A DNA stretch of 64,000 nt, taken from positions 5,518,001-5,582,000 of the forward strand of contig OZ024746.1 of assembly GCA_964016885.1 (NCBI GenBank), read 5' to 3'. The stretch is from Eledone cirrhosa (lineage: Eukaryota). Numbering within the stretch: position 1 is the first letter of the stretch; every line of letters starts with the position of its first letter. The notes beneath the pieces were generated by a model. It worked only from the letters and a program-made list of their open reading frames with translations. It was not told the DNA's origin and did no database searches. Both the position numbers and the translations under genes were made by a program. This document shows positions 29,726 through 44,128 of this stretch, one piece after another.

Positions 29726-29799
<74 letters not shown>

Positions 29800-29895
29800 G
29801 GGGAACGGGCAGGCGATTCAAGAATAGACGCCTTGTCCGTTGCCTTGTCGTTTCTGTTTGGATTGCCTTGGGAATGTAACCTTATTATATAAGAA

Positions 29896-29970
29896 GCTGT
29901 CTGATGATGTCACGGCACTGGGTACATGGAATCGTGTGGCCGCTGTCGTCATTGAAATATGTATCACAGC
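29896..29970 (+). ncRNA. Type I hammerhead-like motif within a short element (29800-30010)
   Basis: Stem I GCUGU/ACAGC, CUGAUGA, extended stem II including CGGC/GCCG, GAA, near-palindromic AUAUGUAU, cleavage triplet AUC. Confidence 0.7.
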
Positions 29971-30026
29971 ATTACCAATAAAGGACTTTAACATCTGAAA
30001 TTTTCTCATTCTCTCTCTCTCCCCCC

Positions 30027-30068
<42 letters not shown>

Positions 30069-30094
30069 GTATGTATATATATATATATATGGCA

Positions 30095-30290
30095 AACACA
30101 GAGATGTACAGAGACAATAAAACAAACAACACAGTAAATTGAAGAAATATATTAGTTTATTGCTTGATATAGTAAGAAAAGTCTTTACCTTTCGGATATT
30201 AGTCCTTCACCAGAAGATAGAAGGAGAGACAAAAGTTGAAATAGAAAATGAGAAGAGGAGGGAAAAGGAAACTTTGTTATGAGAAGAAAT
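30095..30290 (-). mobile_element. Repeat family E, diverged copy (core mutated to CUGGUGA)
   Basis: GCTTGATATAG..AAG...GTCTTTACCTTTCGGATATTAGTCCTTCACCAGAAGA aligns with 15573-15630. Confidence 0.65.
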
Positions 30291-30456
30291 ATATATGTAC
30301 TTCGAAAAAACAAGATATCTTTCGATGTCATTAGATTTCATCAGCGAAGTATATTACTTTGGTTGTTCTAGAACATATAAGAGAAGGGAAAGTATCTATG
30401 CACTGATATATGAGTAAATGTATCGTCGTTGATAAAATCTCTGACGGGACCTGTAT

Positions 30457-30553
30457 GTATTAAGTGTGTATATATACAGGTATTAAGTGTGTATATATAC
30501 AGGTATTAAGTGTGTATATATATACAGGTATTAAGTGTGTATATATACAGGTA
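30457..30553. repeat. 23-bp minisatellite, ~4 copies
   Basis: GTATTAAGTGTGTATATATACAG units. Confidence 0.9.
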
Positions 30554-30851
30554 GAGTGTTATTTTAAAGGTGGCAATTGGGAAAATCCCCAATGAGCTGG
30601 AAGCAGTGTTTCACTTTTAACATTACAAAAATAGTACCTTTAATGAATATTCATTCAAGCCCTCAGTTAAATCACAGAGACGTCTTTGAAACTGAAATGC
30701 GGAACAACTTAACTAGTTTCACCCGGTTATAGCCGGCATTTCTGTAGCTGGATTTCCTCTAGTCTTTCTCTAGTTCACTCTCCAGACTTAACACAGTTTA
30801 TATCTCTCTTTCAAGACTTTCATCAGCAATAGCTACACATTTTTTTCTCGT

Positions 30852-31790
30852 TTATGTATCAGTACTACCAACTGCGGCACATACCGTTTATAAATCTAAT
30901 ACAGTGTAACATGTATGTATCAGTAACATGTAGTATCAGTAACATGTATGTATCAGTAACATGTATTTATCAGTAACATGTATGTATCAGTACTATCAAC
31001 TGTAGAACCGTTTATAAATCTACTACATGGTTACATGTATGTATCAGTACTATCAACTGTAGAACCGTTTATTAATCTACTACATGGTTACATGTATGTA
31101 TCAGTACTATCAACTGTAGAACCCTTTATTAATCTACTACATGGTAACATGTATGTATCCGTACTATCAACTGTAGAACCGTTTATTAATCTACTACATG
31201 GTAACATGTATGTATCAGTACTATCAACTGTAGAACCGTTTATTAATCTACTACATGGTAACATGTATGTATCAGTACTATCAACTGTAGAACCGTTTAT
31301 TAATCTACTACATGGTAACATGTATGTATCAGTACTATCAACTGTAGAACCGTTTATTAATCTACTACATGGTTACATGTATGTATCAGTACTATCAACT
31401 GTAGAACCGTTTATTAATCTACTACATGGTAACATGTATGTATCAGTACTATCAACTGTAGAACCGTTTATTAATCTACTACATGGTTACATGTATGTAT
31501 CAGTACTATCAACTGTAGAACCGTTTATTAATCTACTACATGGTAACATGTATGTATCAGTACTATCAACTGTAGAACCGTTTATTAATCTACTACATGG
31601 TTACATGTATGTATCAGTACTATCAACTGTAGAACCGTTTATAAATCTACTACATGGTTACATGTATGTATCAGTACTATCAACTGTAGAACCGTTTATT
31701 AATCTACTACATGGTAACATGTATGTATCAGTACTATCAACTGTAGAACCGTTTATTAATCTACTACATGGTTACATGTATGTATCAGTA
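30852..31790. repeat. 57-bp minisatellite, ~14 near-identical units plus a diverged founder unit
   Basis: Unit GTATCAGTACTATCAACTGTAGAACCGTTTATTAATCTACTACATGGT(A/T)ACATGTAT. The diverged unit is at 30852-30922, followed by short ~17-bp subrepeats. Confidence 0.97.
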
Positions 31791-31979
31791 GATGAGATCT
31801 GAAGCCACACAAGATTAGAGAAACAGTGATAATCACCTGACTTGACATCAAGTGCTCTTACATGTAGCAAACGACCAAATTAATCACCTGGCTGTCAGAA
31901 GGAAGAGCTGGTACAAAGCCAAAAGCTCGTTCAACAAGACTGAGGCTGTTATTTCTTATTTGCTGTCTATCTGTCAACT

Positions 31980-32178
31980 GTCATACACACATACATACAT
32001 ACATATACATACATACACACATACATACATACATATACATACATACACACACACATACATACATATATATACATACATACATACATATATACATATATAC
32101 ATATATACATATATACATATATACATATATACATACATATACACACACACACACACATATATACATATATATATATAT

Positions 32179-32209
<31 letters not shown>

Positions 32210-32980
32210 CATACATATATACATATATCATACATACCTATATATATATATATATATATACACATACATACATACATACCTATATACCTACATCATACAT
32301 ATATGCATACCCATATACATACATACCTATATACATAAATACATACCAATATACATACATACCTATATACATACATACCTATATACATACATCATTCATA
32401 CCTATATGCATACATACATACATAAAACATGTATATTATATATATGTATGTGTGTTTGTACATGCGTATACATTCAGATGTTTAGAAGAGAGCGTGTTTA
32501 AACGTATTTAAACACAACTCATTAGCATCTAATTAACGAATACCTATCTTTGTATGTATCGGTGTATATATTTATATATGTGTGTATGTGTGGGTGTATA
32601 TATTTATATATATATATGTATGTGTGGGTGTATATATTTATATATATGTATGTGTGGGTGTATATATTTATATATGTGTATGTGTTGATGTATATATTTA
32701 TATATATGTATGTATCGGTGTATATATTTCTATATGTGTATGTGTGGGTGTATATATTTATATATATGTATGTATCGGTGTATATATTTATATATATGTA
32801 TGTATCTGTGTATATATTTGTATATGTGTATGTGTATATATTTATATATATGTATGTATCTGTGTATATATTTGTATATGTGTATGTGTATATATTTATA
32901 TATATGTATGTATCTGTGTATATATTTGTATATGTGTATGTGTATATATTTATATATGTGTATGTGTGGGTGTATATATT
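31980..32980. repeat. Low-complexity (CATA)/(TATG)-derived arrays, including a ~30-bp unit at 32550-32980
   Basis: Direct inspection. Confidence 0.85.
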
Positions 32981-32981
32981 T

Positions 32982-33076
32982 GTTGGAGACGGTTGTTTCT
33001 GACAGTACCCGCTGGAACAAGTGTTTGAGGACTCGGCCTTACGACCCTCTCAGGAAATAATGGGCGAAGCAGAAGC
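32982..33076 (+). mobile_element. RTE-like LINE 3' end, homolog of 18945-19133
   Basis: TTGGAGACGG...TCTGA...GTGTTTGAGGACTCGGCC..ACGA..CTCTCAGGAA...TGGG.GAAG. Confidence 0.55.
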
Positions 33077-33373
33077 CTTTTACTTTCCGAATCCAAATCC
33101 TGGCAATGCTGATTTTGTCTTTCATCTTTCGGGGTTCATTCAATAATTACCAATCACGTATTGTGGTTAATTTAGGGGGCTGTTTCGTTTTATTAATCGT
33201 TTACCTAATTGTAGTAAACATGTTTGAACAATCCAAAGGTATGGTAAATTGACACGTGACGAGTTTGCTGTATAATGTGATAAAAACTGACACAACATCA
33301 TTGTGAAAGGAAAGTGTTGAAATCCCCCAATCTTGCCTCTATGGAGCTTCACAGTTCTGATTACAGTTGAGGT

Positions 33374-33376
33374 AGC

Positions 33377-33465
<89 letters not shown>
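33374..33465. repeat. Compound (AGC)n(AGT)n trinucleotide repeat
   Basis: Direct inspection. Confidence 0.95.
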
Positions 33466-33902
33466 ATATAGCAGAAGTTCAGAGGATTAGTTTCTTTCAC
33501 AGAAGAAAATAACACATGATGGGGTTACTTTGAATTAATTAGAACCAAATTATTACAAAATAAAACCATGTCTATTGAAGTATTGGATAACACCATGTTC
33601 CTTCTGGCTTGCAACAGCAATTATCCCAAAGATTTCGTGGGGGAAAACTAGATAAAACCTTAAATTGATGGAGATATATTCACATTAATGATAGAAAAAA
33701 CAGTCACTATATAGCCGAATATATATTTCATACAAAACATATTCCATCTTCAGTCTTTAATTTTAACTCCAATTACAATATTATTTCTACTTCTTACAAT
33801 AAACGCCCGCCCACACGAAATGTATGAGAGAGAATATGCACATATACACATACACACATCCACACATACATGCACATACGCACACATACACACACACACA
33901 TA

Positions 33903-33969
<67 letters not shown>

Positions 33970-34017
33970 ACACACACATACATACATATATATATATATA
34001 TATACATATATATGTAT

Positions 34018-34080
34018 GAGTCAAGAAATAGCCGTCGAAACGGCTTTGAGCTCTGCCGTCGGGCTCATACTTTTCCTATA
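34018..34080 (+). mobile_element. Repeat family B, copy 3 (fragment)
   Basis: GAGTCAAGAAATAGCCGTCGAAACGGCTTTGAGCTCTGCCGTCGGG. Confidence 0.85.
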
Positions 34081-34089
34081 TATATATAT

Positions 34090-34694
34090 GGTGGCTGCCA
34101 ACTCGTTTTCGAGTACGGCCACTACTTTATATCCATGTAGGAGAACTCCTACAGATGCGCTGAACGAGTGTGACTTTTTAGTCCAGCCAGCGACTTGAAA
34201 ACTCTGGTACAAACACTACACTTGTGACAATTATTGACACATAGTGCTGGGCCCATGGTACCATGTGACGACAAGTGCAGAGAGATCTCCAGATATAAAG
34301 CAATGCCTGTGCCGTGAAGCTTTTATAGTGAGCAAAGGCACTGCACAAAGCCAGTCCCACTCTCTTAACCAAGATGATATTTACCAAAAAGAACAAGTCA
34401 ACATCATTGGATACCATCAGGGTTGCAGGTGTTATATCAGAGTTTTCCTTCTCCTAGAATTCTGCCTTGACAAAGGCTAAGGGGTGATCTCTCCCGGTGA
34501 TTTTGGATGGCCATTGACTCTTAAGAGCTCCTTTGCCCTTTGACAGGTTTTGTTTTTAGTCCTGCAGGATGTCCAAAGTCACCCTCCTCACCAAGAAACC
34601 TTGGTGGGGTTGCCAGTTTAGTCGCCAACGACCCGACCATGAGACAGGTTGTACTGGGATACATGTTACCAGTAGCACCAACTGGTGACCTGAC

Positions 34695-34695
<1 letters not shown>
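34090..34695 (-). mobile_element. Probable decayed RTE-type LINE 5' region (UTR plus APE endonuclease remnant)
   Basis: GC-rich island. GAGTTTTCCTTCTCCTAGA...TGCC...AAGGCT resembles the antisense of RTE 5' UTRs (recalled similarity). Minus-strand LFFL...RVGLAL...VSIIV...FVPE...KVVAVL weakly resembles APE motifs. Confidence 0.45.
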
Positions 34696-34726
<31 letters not shown>

Positions 34727-34759
34727 GGATGTGTGAGTGTGTATCCGTGTTATTGTTGC

Positions 34760-34935
34760 AGGATGCGATAATGAGTGAGTACTCAATACCGATGTAGAGT
34801 TTAATAACATTCTATATTATGGTTAATTGATGAGTCTTGTTACAGTGGAATTTTACTTGTGTAATGACAGGATCACCAGGAAAGAATTGTCTTGTCTGAT
34901 GATTTTGACATTACACAAATGAAATACATATTGTG
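34760..34935. mobile_element. Old family-A-like element: inverted pair of decayed HHRs plus TATTGAGTAC tail motif
   Basis: The plus arm reads TCTTGT-CTGATGA-TTTTG..CATTACACAAAT-GAAA. The minus arm ends CTGT-A-ACAAGA and continues to ATTAAA...TATTGAGTACTC. Confidence 0.55.
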
Positions 34936-35277
34936 TGTTCCTGTCTAATGAATAGGTTACTAGTTTCATAGTTAGACGGCAAGATAATGATCTGTGGCCA
35001 ACATACATTTCACAAAGATTCCGTAAACTGAAACAGTTTAAATCAAGATTTTGGATCCAGTTTTGGCATGTTTCTTTTTACGGAATTCAACCTTCATCAA
35101 GTTTTACATTACGATGAGGATCCAAAGTTGCCAAGTATATATACATACTCGCACACACATACACACACATACATATATATACGAAGGACTTCCGTCGGAA
35201 ACGTGACACACTCCTCCATTTCCTGTAAGCGTGAGCCTAATAAGACTTTTTACTTTTGCAACCCTGTGTTTGTTTTA

Positions 35278-35350
<73 letters not shown>

Positions 35351-36108
35351 TATATATAGGTTTGTATGTATATATAATGTATAACTTTTGTCGTTATAAC
35401 TTGATAACACTATACAATACGTAGAATGTGATCTCGGTCAAAATTGAAGCAATGTGTAGTTACTGATTTATTCTGAGATATAATGTATATATCTATAGGA
35501 AACAACGTCTGTTTATCGATTCTAGTTAAGTGGCTGAATATGTCTCTCTTTGCTTAGTATACAATTTCTCAGCCAGCTGACAGACGTGCAATAACTATGT
35601 CAATCTATCGAAGCTAATATAGTTATTTGGAAGCAATTTTGTACACTGTTCGCTCAATTACTTTCACAATTTAGTGTATTTCATGAGTGTCTGGTCAACG
35701 CCACTACTTATGTGATTCTTTCTATCTATATATATTTTTCCTTGTAATGAAGCTTTTAATATGTCCAACACTTCAGAATTCACCCTTAACCCGATATTTT
35801 GTATCTCGTTAGATTACGAAAGGTAACAGATTCATCGTTCATATTCTCTATATTTGATGATTAATAACTTGCCCGTCGTTTCAAAAGTAAGTTATTGACA
35901 AATTATATTATCAACAATATCGATATTGAGGAGACTTACTAAAGAAATGGCTATATACTTTAAATGCATCACTTAGTAGTTTTAGACAATTCATATCATC
36001 AATGACTCATGAAGACTATGTAGTGGGTATCAGAAATGGATTTAACACATTTAACACTATTTACTATTTAATCAACCATCACCCCTTCACAACCCTCTTC
36101 TCTCTCTT

Positions 36109-36204
<96 letters not shown>

Positions 36205-36509
36205 TATATATATATATAAAAACAAATAACGAAACGAAATTAAATTTCGTTTCGTTTGTAACTCACTTTTGTATGACTGACGCTTAAACAATTAAGTTAA
36301 AAATGTACATCCACATATGTATACTGAAATACTAGTATGCATATGAATACACACACGTGTACATATGTAGATGTACCGAGTTTTTCACTGGACACTTTAC
36401 TGTGAGTGTTCAGCTAGTCTGTATGTAAACACACAGACAAACCGGTTTTTAGAGTCATACTGGTTTTCGAGGAAACACCTTTCCTCTATTCTCCAGAAAG
36501 CCAGACAGG

Positions 36510-36554
36510 AATATTGGACTAGTTTCGATGTTGTTACATCTCATCAGCAATATT
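36510..36554 (-). ncRNA. Intact minimal type I hammerhead ribozyme motif
   Basis: AAUAUUG-CUGAUGA-GAUGU AACA ACAUC-GAA-ACUAGU-C-CAAUAUU: 7-bp stem I, 5-bp stem II with G10.1-C11.1, palindromic stem III, GUC cleavage triplet. Confidence 0.88.
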
Positions 36555-36566
36555 TACCTATCCTCC

Positions 36567-36684
<118 letters not shown>

Positions 36685-36696
36685 TTAATATAGATG

Positions 36697-36747
36697 AGAT
36701 TCTACAGGACTAGAACTGTTTCATTCTTTAGAAATCATCAGGAATCT
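36697..36747 (-). ncRNA. Type I hammerhead motif, family A copy 2 (element extends to ~37200)
   Basis: AGAUUC-CUGAUGA-UUUC UAAA GAAU-GAA-ACAG UUCUAGUC CUGU-A-GAAUCU. Confidence 0.8.
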
Positions 36748-37261
36748 GGGTATCAAAAAATAAAAATGGTATTTATAGGTCTCTACAAGTGGTAGGAGAG
36801 GGTGGGGAGTGGGATGGGTGTAGGTCATTGGTTGATAGAAAAGGGAATTCATTAAAAGCTAATTCTACAAAGCTATAGTTTATTTTTATTTATTTATGTT
36901 TTTAGAGTAACAAGGGCAGACAGAATTCTATAAAGAGGTTCCGGATGGCATACCATTCCTTGTCATTAAGTTTCTCTTAAGCTAACAGATGTCTATAAGA
37001 TCAGTGGGGGGGGGGGGGGGGGTCAGTCATGGTCGATAGAATTAAAGAAAAGGGAGATTCTTTAAAAGCTAAAATCATTAAGGTTCTACTAAGTGACAAA
37101 GGTTTAGAGAATTCTGTAGACAGATTCAAAATACTGAGTGCATATCTTACAATTATCTTCGAACTTCTCTTAAACTAATCAACTATATGCCAAAAATCAA
37201 CAGACATATATATATATACACATATATATATATACACATATACATATATACATATATACAC

Positions 37262-37338
<77 letters not shown>

Positions 37339-37341
<3 letters not shown>

Positions 37342-37523
37342 CGAAGGAAATGTGGTAAGGAACCAAGTGGTCCATAACGCGTCAGAGTACTCGATACTTT
37401 GGGTAGTAGAGTGGGTAATAGGAAAAGAGTCAGGGCCCCGACGGCAGACCTCAAGCCGTTTCGACAGTCCAGAAATAGCCGTCGAAACGGCTTGAGCTCT
37501 GCCGTCGGGGTCCTGACTCTTTT

Positions 37524-37528
<5 letters not shown>
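37339..37528. mobile_element. Repeat family B, copy 4 (fold-back) in (TA)n
   Basis: Arms ~37418-37465 and ~37481-37528 are inverted. The left extension matches 1502-1580. Confidence 0.88.
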
Positions 37529-37572
<44 letters not shown>

Positions 37573-37899
37573 TGTGTATGTGTATATAGATGTGTGTGTA
37601 TATGTATATATGCATATATATAGTAATATGATACACACACAGATACATAAATATATTTGTGTGTGACGTCACACCTAGACCAGTTTTACTGAATGATCGA
37701 AAGAGCTAAAATAATCAGAAGAATTAGAATAATCGTTTAATCGGAGATATTTATCAAATTATAAATGCAGGGAAAGAATAGACGAAGAAAAAATAGGTTG
37801 TTCTACCTATTATTTCTTCAAAGTCTCTACTGCAGGTTCATCGACTGGTTTGCAAATTTGAAGAAAAAATAAGTAGTTCTTAGTATATTCTCCCCCGCC

Positions 37900-37977
<78 letters not shown>

Positions 37978-38131
37978 ATATATACACACACATATATATA
38001 ATACGCTATTGAAAACAGGAAAGCTCTTTAACATCCAACGATTCCTTCCTGCAAGGAATCCTGAAGACGTTAATCGCGTATTGAGCTTTTCACACCTTAC
38101 CAAAATTATTAGTCGAATATTCCACCATAAT

Positions 38132-38177
<46 letters not shown>

Positions 38178-40809
38178 AAGAAAGAGAGAGTGAGAGGTGG
38201 TGAGAGAGAGGATCGAGAAAATATTATCTGTGTATTTTAATTGAAAACAATGTTTACTATGTCAACACTAAATATAATTATATAGACATAATTCATTTAT
38301 AATTGATTACTATTTAACAGTTTAGAATGACAGAAGAATCTCGGTTTGGAAGAGATTGATTTCTAAAAACTGCTAGTCTTTAATCAAAGTACTCTCATTA
38401 CTTTACCTTACAGAATTTCTGATAAACAACAGAACTATTGAACGAGTAATTGAAATTCATTAGTGATGTTACCTTGGAAAATTTAAATGGCGTGAAACAA
38501 TGATTACTGCTCTCCTCAGTCCTATCACAAATATATTAAAGAAAATGAAATTGCCTTTCAACTTTATTATCAACATCGACTGTTAATTCTTACTTTGTAA
38601 TTTTATTTATAGCAGAAATAACATTTTAGGAACTGAAGTATAGAGAAGACTGCTGCCTTTAGAACTATCTCTACACTACTAAACCATAAAAATATCTCTG
38701 ATTACGGAAAATATATATAACTTTCCAATCATATTAGCTTCTATAAAGTCTACAATGTTCTACTCTGTAATGTATTTTACCCTTTGTAAAAATATTTGAT
38801 TAACAAATACAATAACTTTATCGTATTTACGATTAATAAGCTTGTAGGCAACGTATAGAAATGTCTAGTGTAAAACTGTTAGAAATAGTTATTAAATAAA
38901 ATGTGAAAGTGTCTGCATGATGGTCAGATCTATTTTGATGGAGTACAGTAATATTTGATGCTGAAAGGTATAGAACTTAAAATCAAAAGCATCGTAAAAT
39001 ATTTGATTGAATTCGAACCATACTTAAAGTTGAAATCGTATAACGCTATAACACGAGCCATAAATTGTTGAATATCTAACTCAGTCTCGTGTTCTATAAT
39101 ATATTAAAGCTATATAATGGTGTTAAACTTTTTTTTAATATTTCATAGTTGCAGACATATTCGTTTTCTATAAATAAATTCTATTTCATGATCGAATCAG
39201 ATGGTGGATAAAGAGCAGTCAAAATATTTGCTTATCTAGTTAGAAATCCCCAAATCAAGCAAACAAAAATGAAATCTCGAATAATCCGACATTGAATGCC
39301 GCAGCGAATTGTAACAATAGAGAATTTTATATATTTCTAAAACATAACGATGGTTTTGAAACCTTGATAAAGCAAAAAATTGGCTTGCGTGTAGAAACTC
39401 GATGCTGTAATATTTTCGTTTCCATAACTATAGATTCATTTCTGAAAAATATAGGGAACATTTTCATAAAGCTTGTATATAAATAAAGGCAATGAGAGTG
39501 GGAACTACTACTCAAGCTACTTAATACATGTGGTAGAGTTTAGTTATTGGTTCGAAACGATGCACCGGGATCTTCGTCGCCACCTGCGGTCACTTGTTTG
39601 CATGAAGTAAATGTGAGAAGCTACGTTGTGAATTATTATATGAATGTATTTTAAAAGAGCACGGTGAATTTATATTTTTTTCCTAAAGCATTCTCAATTA
39701 TAATTAGTTTTATTGTAAATTCTCATTCTGTATATATATATTGATTCCAGCCTACAATAGTCGTATAGTGGGAAAGTTGGCAACCGATCGTAATTGTTAT
39801 CTAAAATTTATTGTATCTCTCTGTTCTCTTCTCCATAGACCATTATTGTTTTTGCATCATTTTCGCATATATTCTCAAAAAGTACATTATTCCATTTGCC
39901 CCATTTTTACATTTATTAAAAATTCGTCAATCATTTGAGCAGCTAGCAGCACAAAACTCTTCAATTTATAAGAAACCAAAAAATTAAGAAAAGAAAAGCA
40001 ACACCTACTAAGTAACACCGCATTTAGTCTTTGTTTAACTCAAACATCAGATTTCCACCCAATTCTTTAAATGTAGCCATATTTTCAATTCAATATGAAA
40101 TCTAGACTTAATATATGTGAATATTAATGTTCTAAGTTCACAAATTTAGTTTTTTCCGTTCAATTGAAATCAAGAACCATGTAGATATCCAGCAATACAT
40201 CATTTGATGATGATTGGTGAGCGACACCATCGTGAATTCATGTATAATAAGTTAAAAAAATAAAGGGCATATGAATAATGTTACTGGTCCATCAGAAAAT
40301 TATGATTTATTAATATCAAATGTGATGTTTCATTGATGCAAAATATCTATCACCCCGGAGAGGGAATAGTAAGAATGGTTGTGTAAGAATGATAGTTGTG
40401 AGTTGTTCTTATAGAAAGGGGGTACTAAGGAGAGAGAGAGAGAGAGAGAATCAGGGAGAGAGAGAGAGAGAGAGAGTGAGAGAATTAAGAGGAAATACTT
40501 TTTAAACGCCAATCACAAGTGAACAAATGAGTGGAGACGATGGGGGCTGTCGTGGTGTCGAAATAACTTTGTGGTGAGTGGGGGTGTGAAAGAAAGATAA
40601 AGTGAGATAGATAGAAAGATAAATAGATAGATAGATAAATATGAGAGAGACCTGAGTGAATGAGAGCGGGAAATCGAGTGAGAGAGAGAGCGAGAGAGAT
40701 AGATAGAGAGAGAGAGAGAGAATGAGAAGTTGTTCATCCTCAAATTATAAATGAACAACATATTCCTTGTGTTAGATCCCGCCATTTGTTACATCGATTT
40801 ATTTGTGTT

Positions 40810-40840
40810 ATAGGAGGGGGTGTTGAAAAGTTCCTGGTTT
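40810..40840 (+). mobile_element. Isolated mariner-type TIR remnant
   Basis: TAGGAGGGGGTGTTGAAAAGTTCCTGG. Confidence 0.5.
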
Positions 40841-42649
40841 TAATACAATTATTTCCGGGTCACTTACTCCTCAGACACAAACATCACAATGCTGTTCCTT
40901 TCTTTTCTCCTCTAAACTAAACTTCTACTACAACAACGGTGTCAATGACCTTTATCGGGTCTTTTCGTCACTGCCTAGAAAACCACCTCATTTTTCTACG
41001 TCAACTAAGTATACATGCAGTCGATGGATCTGTTTGCTCTAGCAAGTAAATCTCCCCCAAATCACAACCTAGAAAGCTCAGCTCCTTTATAATGGTAAAA
41101 TGAAAGGAAAATAAACATTACTATAATTGTTAATATTCGGCAACATATCCTTTATTATTTCTTGAATGTCTTCAAAGTGAATAAGATTAATATGAAATCC
41201 ACTTGAGACAGGTTAACCTTCTTTTCTGACAGTAAACCTTTGCTGAAGTAGGAGTTTTCCAGCTCACATAAACATTTGAAAGTAGACCTGTTGACGTTCA
41301 TAGTGAAGCATCAATGTATTCATTTGAAGACTTAGAGATGCGTTGACGTCTTTTGAATCTTGAGTGGCTTTATCGCAAACAGCTCTCGGTCAACATTGTT
41401 ATAAGCTGACATCTTAAAAAAACTGCAACTGACGGATTGAGTTTTCTGCACTCAAACTATTGTTTAAAACATCAGAGAAATAATGGAAAAAACAAATTTC
41501 TGCGTAGCTATCACTGTGCTTTCCCCTGGGCATGTCAGTATTTCCACTGTGATTTAGTATTCATGTAGAATCTGTTTTTACATATTGCAAGCGTATATAT
41601 ATATATATATATTTTTTTTTTTTCAAGCATTCAACGATAATGATTGATATTAACAGTATTAGAATTACTACATCTTCTAGATTTTTGTAACAGTTTTTGT
41701 TTCTCTGTCCTTCGTCTGATTGCTAAGATTTACGATTTGCTACTGTCAGAAAATGACGTAATAGTGACAGCATACTTTAACACGGAACATTGATGTTTAA
41801 TCACCAAGCAAATTAACGATAACAAGTCTGTATTTTTAAACTTTGATTTATATTAGCCTGGGTCGTTAGAGTATGAACTACAAAGCAGCCAATTGTTTAT
41901 AAAAGAAGTAATAACACAAGACTATAAGATTTGAGGGAAATTATGCTGATATTTCTAGCACCTACGTGAATACCTTCTCGTTTCCTCACTAAGTCATAGT
42001 TATTTTCCAGTTAAATAATGTATTTTTATTTGAAATAATGTAAACCATACACTCACTCGCTGATGTTTACGGCTGTGTGTTGAAATTATACTATGATATA
42101 CCGTGATCAAACTCAATATAAGATATTTCGATGACAGTTGTAAACTTAGATCTAAGAGAATTCACATTTATAACATAAAGTGTAAGCATCTACTAACTTG
42201 TTTTTATATTGATTTGTCAATAATTTGTTAAACATACGGTTAATTGATAGCAATATTTAAAAGAAAAACTCCCCCCCCCGCCCAAACTCGCTTGTGATCA
42301 ATAAAAACAACTGTGTCAAAACTCCGTTGACGCAAAAGTTAGTAATATCTAATAAAGCCATCAAAATATTTATGGAGAACCAAAACTTTTGATCTGAGGT
42401 GACGCAAAGAAGCATAGATTGTAAAACAACAAATAATTCTCAGATATATTTTATCGGTAATGTTTTGATTTCAAAAAGACAAAAAACAAAAAAAATTACA
42501 CACGTTAGAAATATATCTGTAAGGTAAACATCATTAAGTAGACAAGTCTATGAACTTCGTTAAATGATTTCTGCAAAGGATACTCTCTCTCATCCCCCTC
42601 CTACATGTAGTCATATAATATATTATACACATAATTACCCCCCACCCAT

Positions 42650-42701
<52 letters not shown>

Positions 42702-44128
42702 TAAATAATTTATTGAGAATCGAAATTTCATAAATCATAAATTTGCGATTCTTGTTCTTTAGACGAGCATGTAAAATGGATCATTGAATTTAGTATATAA
42801 TATGAACATATAGTGGAAGTGTTTGATTACGACGAGGAGAGGTGATTGGGTAAAGTGTCACAAGGGTATTCTAAAGCTTTAATATAGTCGACAATTACAT
42901 GTAACTATTTATAAGTCAACTAAAATATTTTACATATTTAGGTGTTTTTATAATTTTAAAAAATTGTAATAAATGTTATATTGCTTAACACATTTATTAC
43001 TGCAAACACTATGTACATGCCAGTGGCTAGGTTGCGTAAGAACGTAATGGATGTATACCAACAGAATGTTGGTAAACTTTATGGAAAGAAGCAAAGAAAA
43101 AACAGAGAAGTAAGTGTGTTTATATTTTTGATCTAGAGACGAACGAGGCTACATATTTTTATCATGCCTCGCCGTCTCGTTTGTGAGTCCTAGGAAGACA
43201 CGTATGTGTGTGTGTGTTTGATGGAAAAGTGTGATCTATTCAATTGAGGATTTTTTCATGATTTTCTCTCGGTTCTTTTCGTTTGGTTTGAAACAGTGAA
43301 GTCCCCCCAAAATTATAAAACTATTAGCGTTTCGAGATTTTCAGAGGCCTCATTTAAAAGGTATCAGTGATCTTTTTTTTCTAGCACTACCCTTTGAGAT
43401 CAATCTATTGCACGTGAACAACACACCATTAGTATTACCATTCTTATTCTGAAGATCAGTCATTGAAGGTGTCAAACCGTTAATCGACTTATGCATTCAG
43501 GAACTCTAGTATTCCAAACTAATAATGAAGAAGGAATAACGAAGTAGGAAAAATATGAAATTAATATGAGCAACCTTGAACACGGTTATGTTTTCAATAG
43601 AGCTTGTTTGAAAGAAGAAAAATCATGCATAAGTACACTCATGCACAAGTATTGTATATAAGAATATAAGAATAAAAAAAAACAGGATTAAATATGGTTC
43701 TGTTATCAACTTGTCTAAACTATATATATATAGATTATCCTCCCAACTTTGAGAAAAATTCAAATAAATGGAGGAAGAGAGAGATCTTCTAGAATACCTA
43801 TTTCTTCTTATTGTAGGCTTCCTGATAGTGATAGTGATGCTAGTGGCTGTTCTGGCAGTTCTCTATGTTATACATGCACGTATTTCAGCACTGTTGGTAG
43901 TGATATAAGTGGCAGTTGACGTATTTTAATTGTTTTGTCGGTTGGTATTATGGTCTGGCGTGACAATCTTAGTGGAGATTGCTTTGTTGTTGATTTTCAA
44001 CCGGCTTAAAAGACTGACATTTGTAACACTGAAGACCAGGGACCCCTTCCACCCTTCTTTATATTTTCTCGCGATATTCCCCACTCTTCATCACGCGTAT
44101 TTATTTTGAAATAAAATAAATTTTCTAT

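Noticed and set aside
30978-31802. 274-aa repeat protein, or a CRISPR-like array
   Set aside because: Pure tandem 57-bp units with no unique spacers and no cas genes, in eukaryotic context.
37006-37022. Poly-G run as a G-quadruplex regulatory element
   Set aside because: A homopolymer inside a repeat remnant, with no supporting context.
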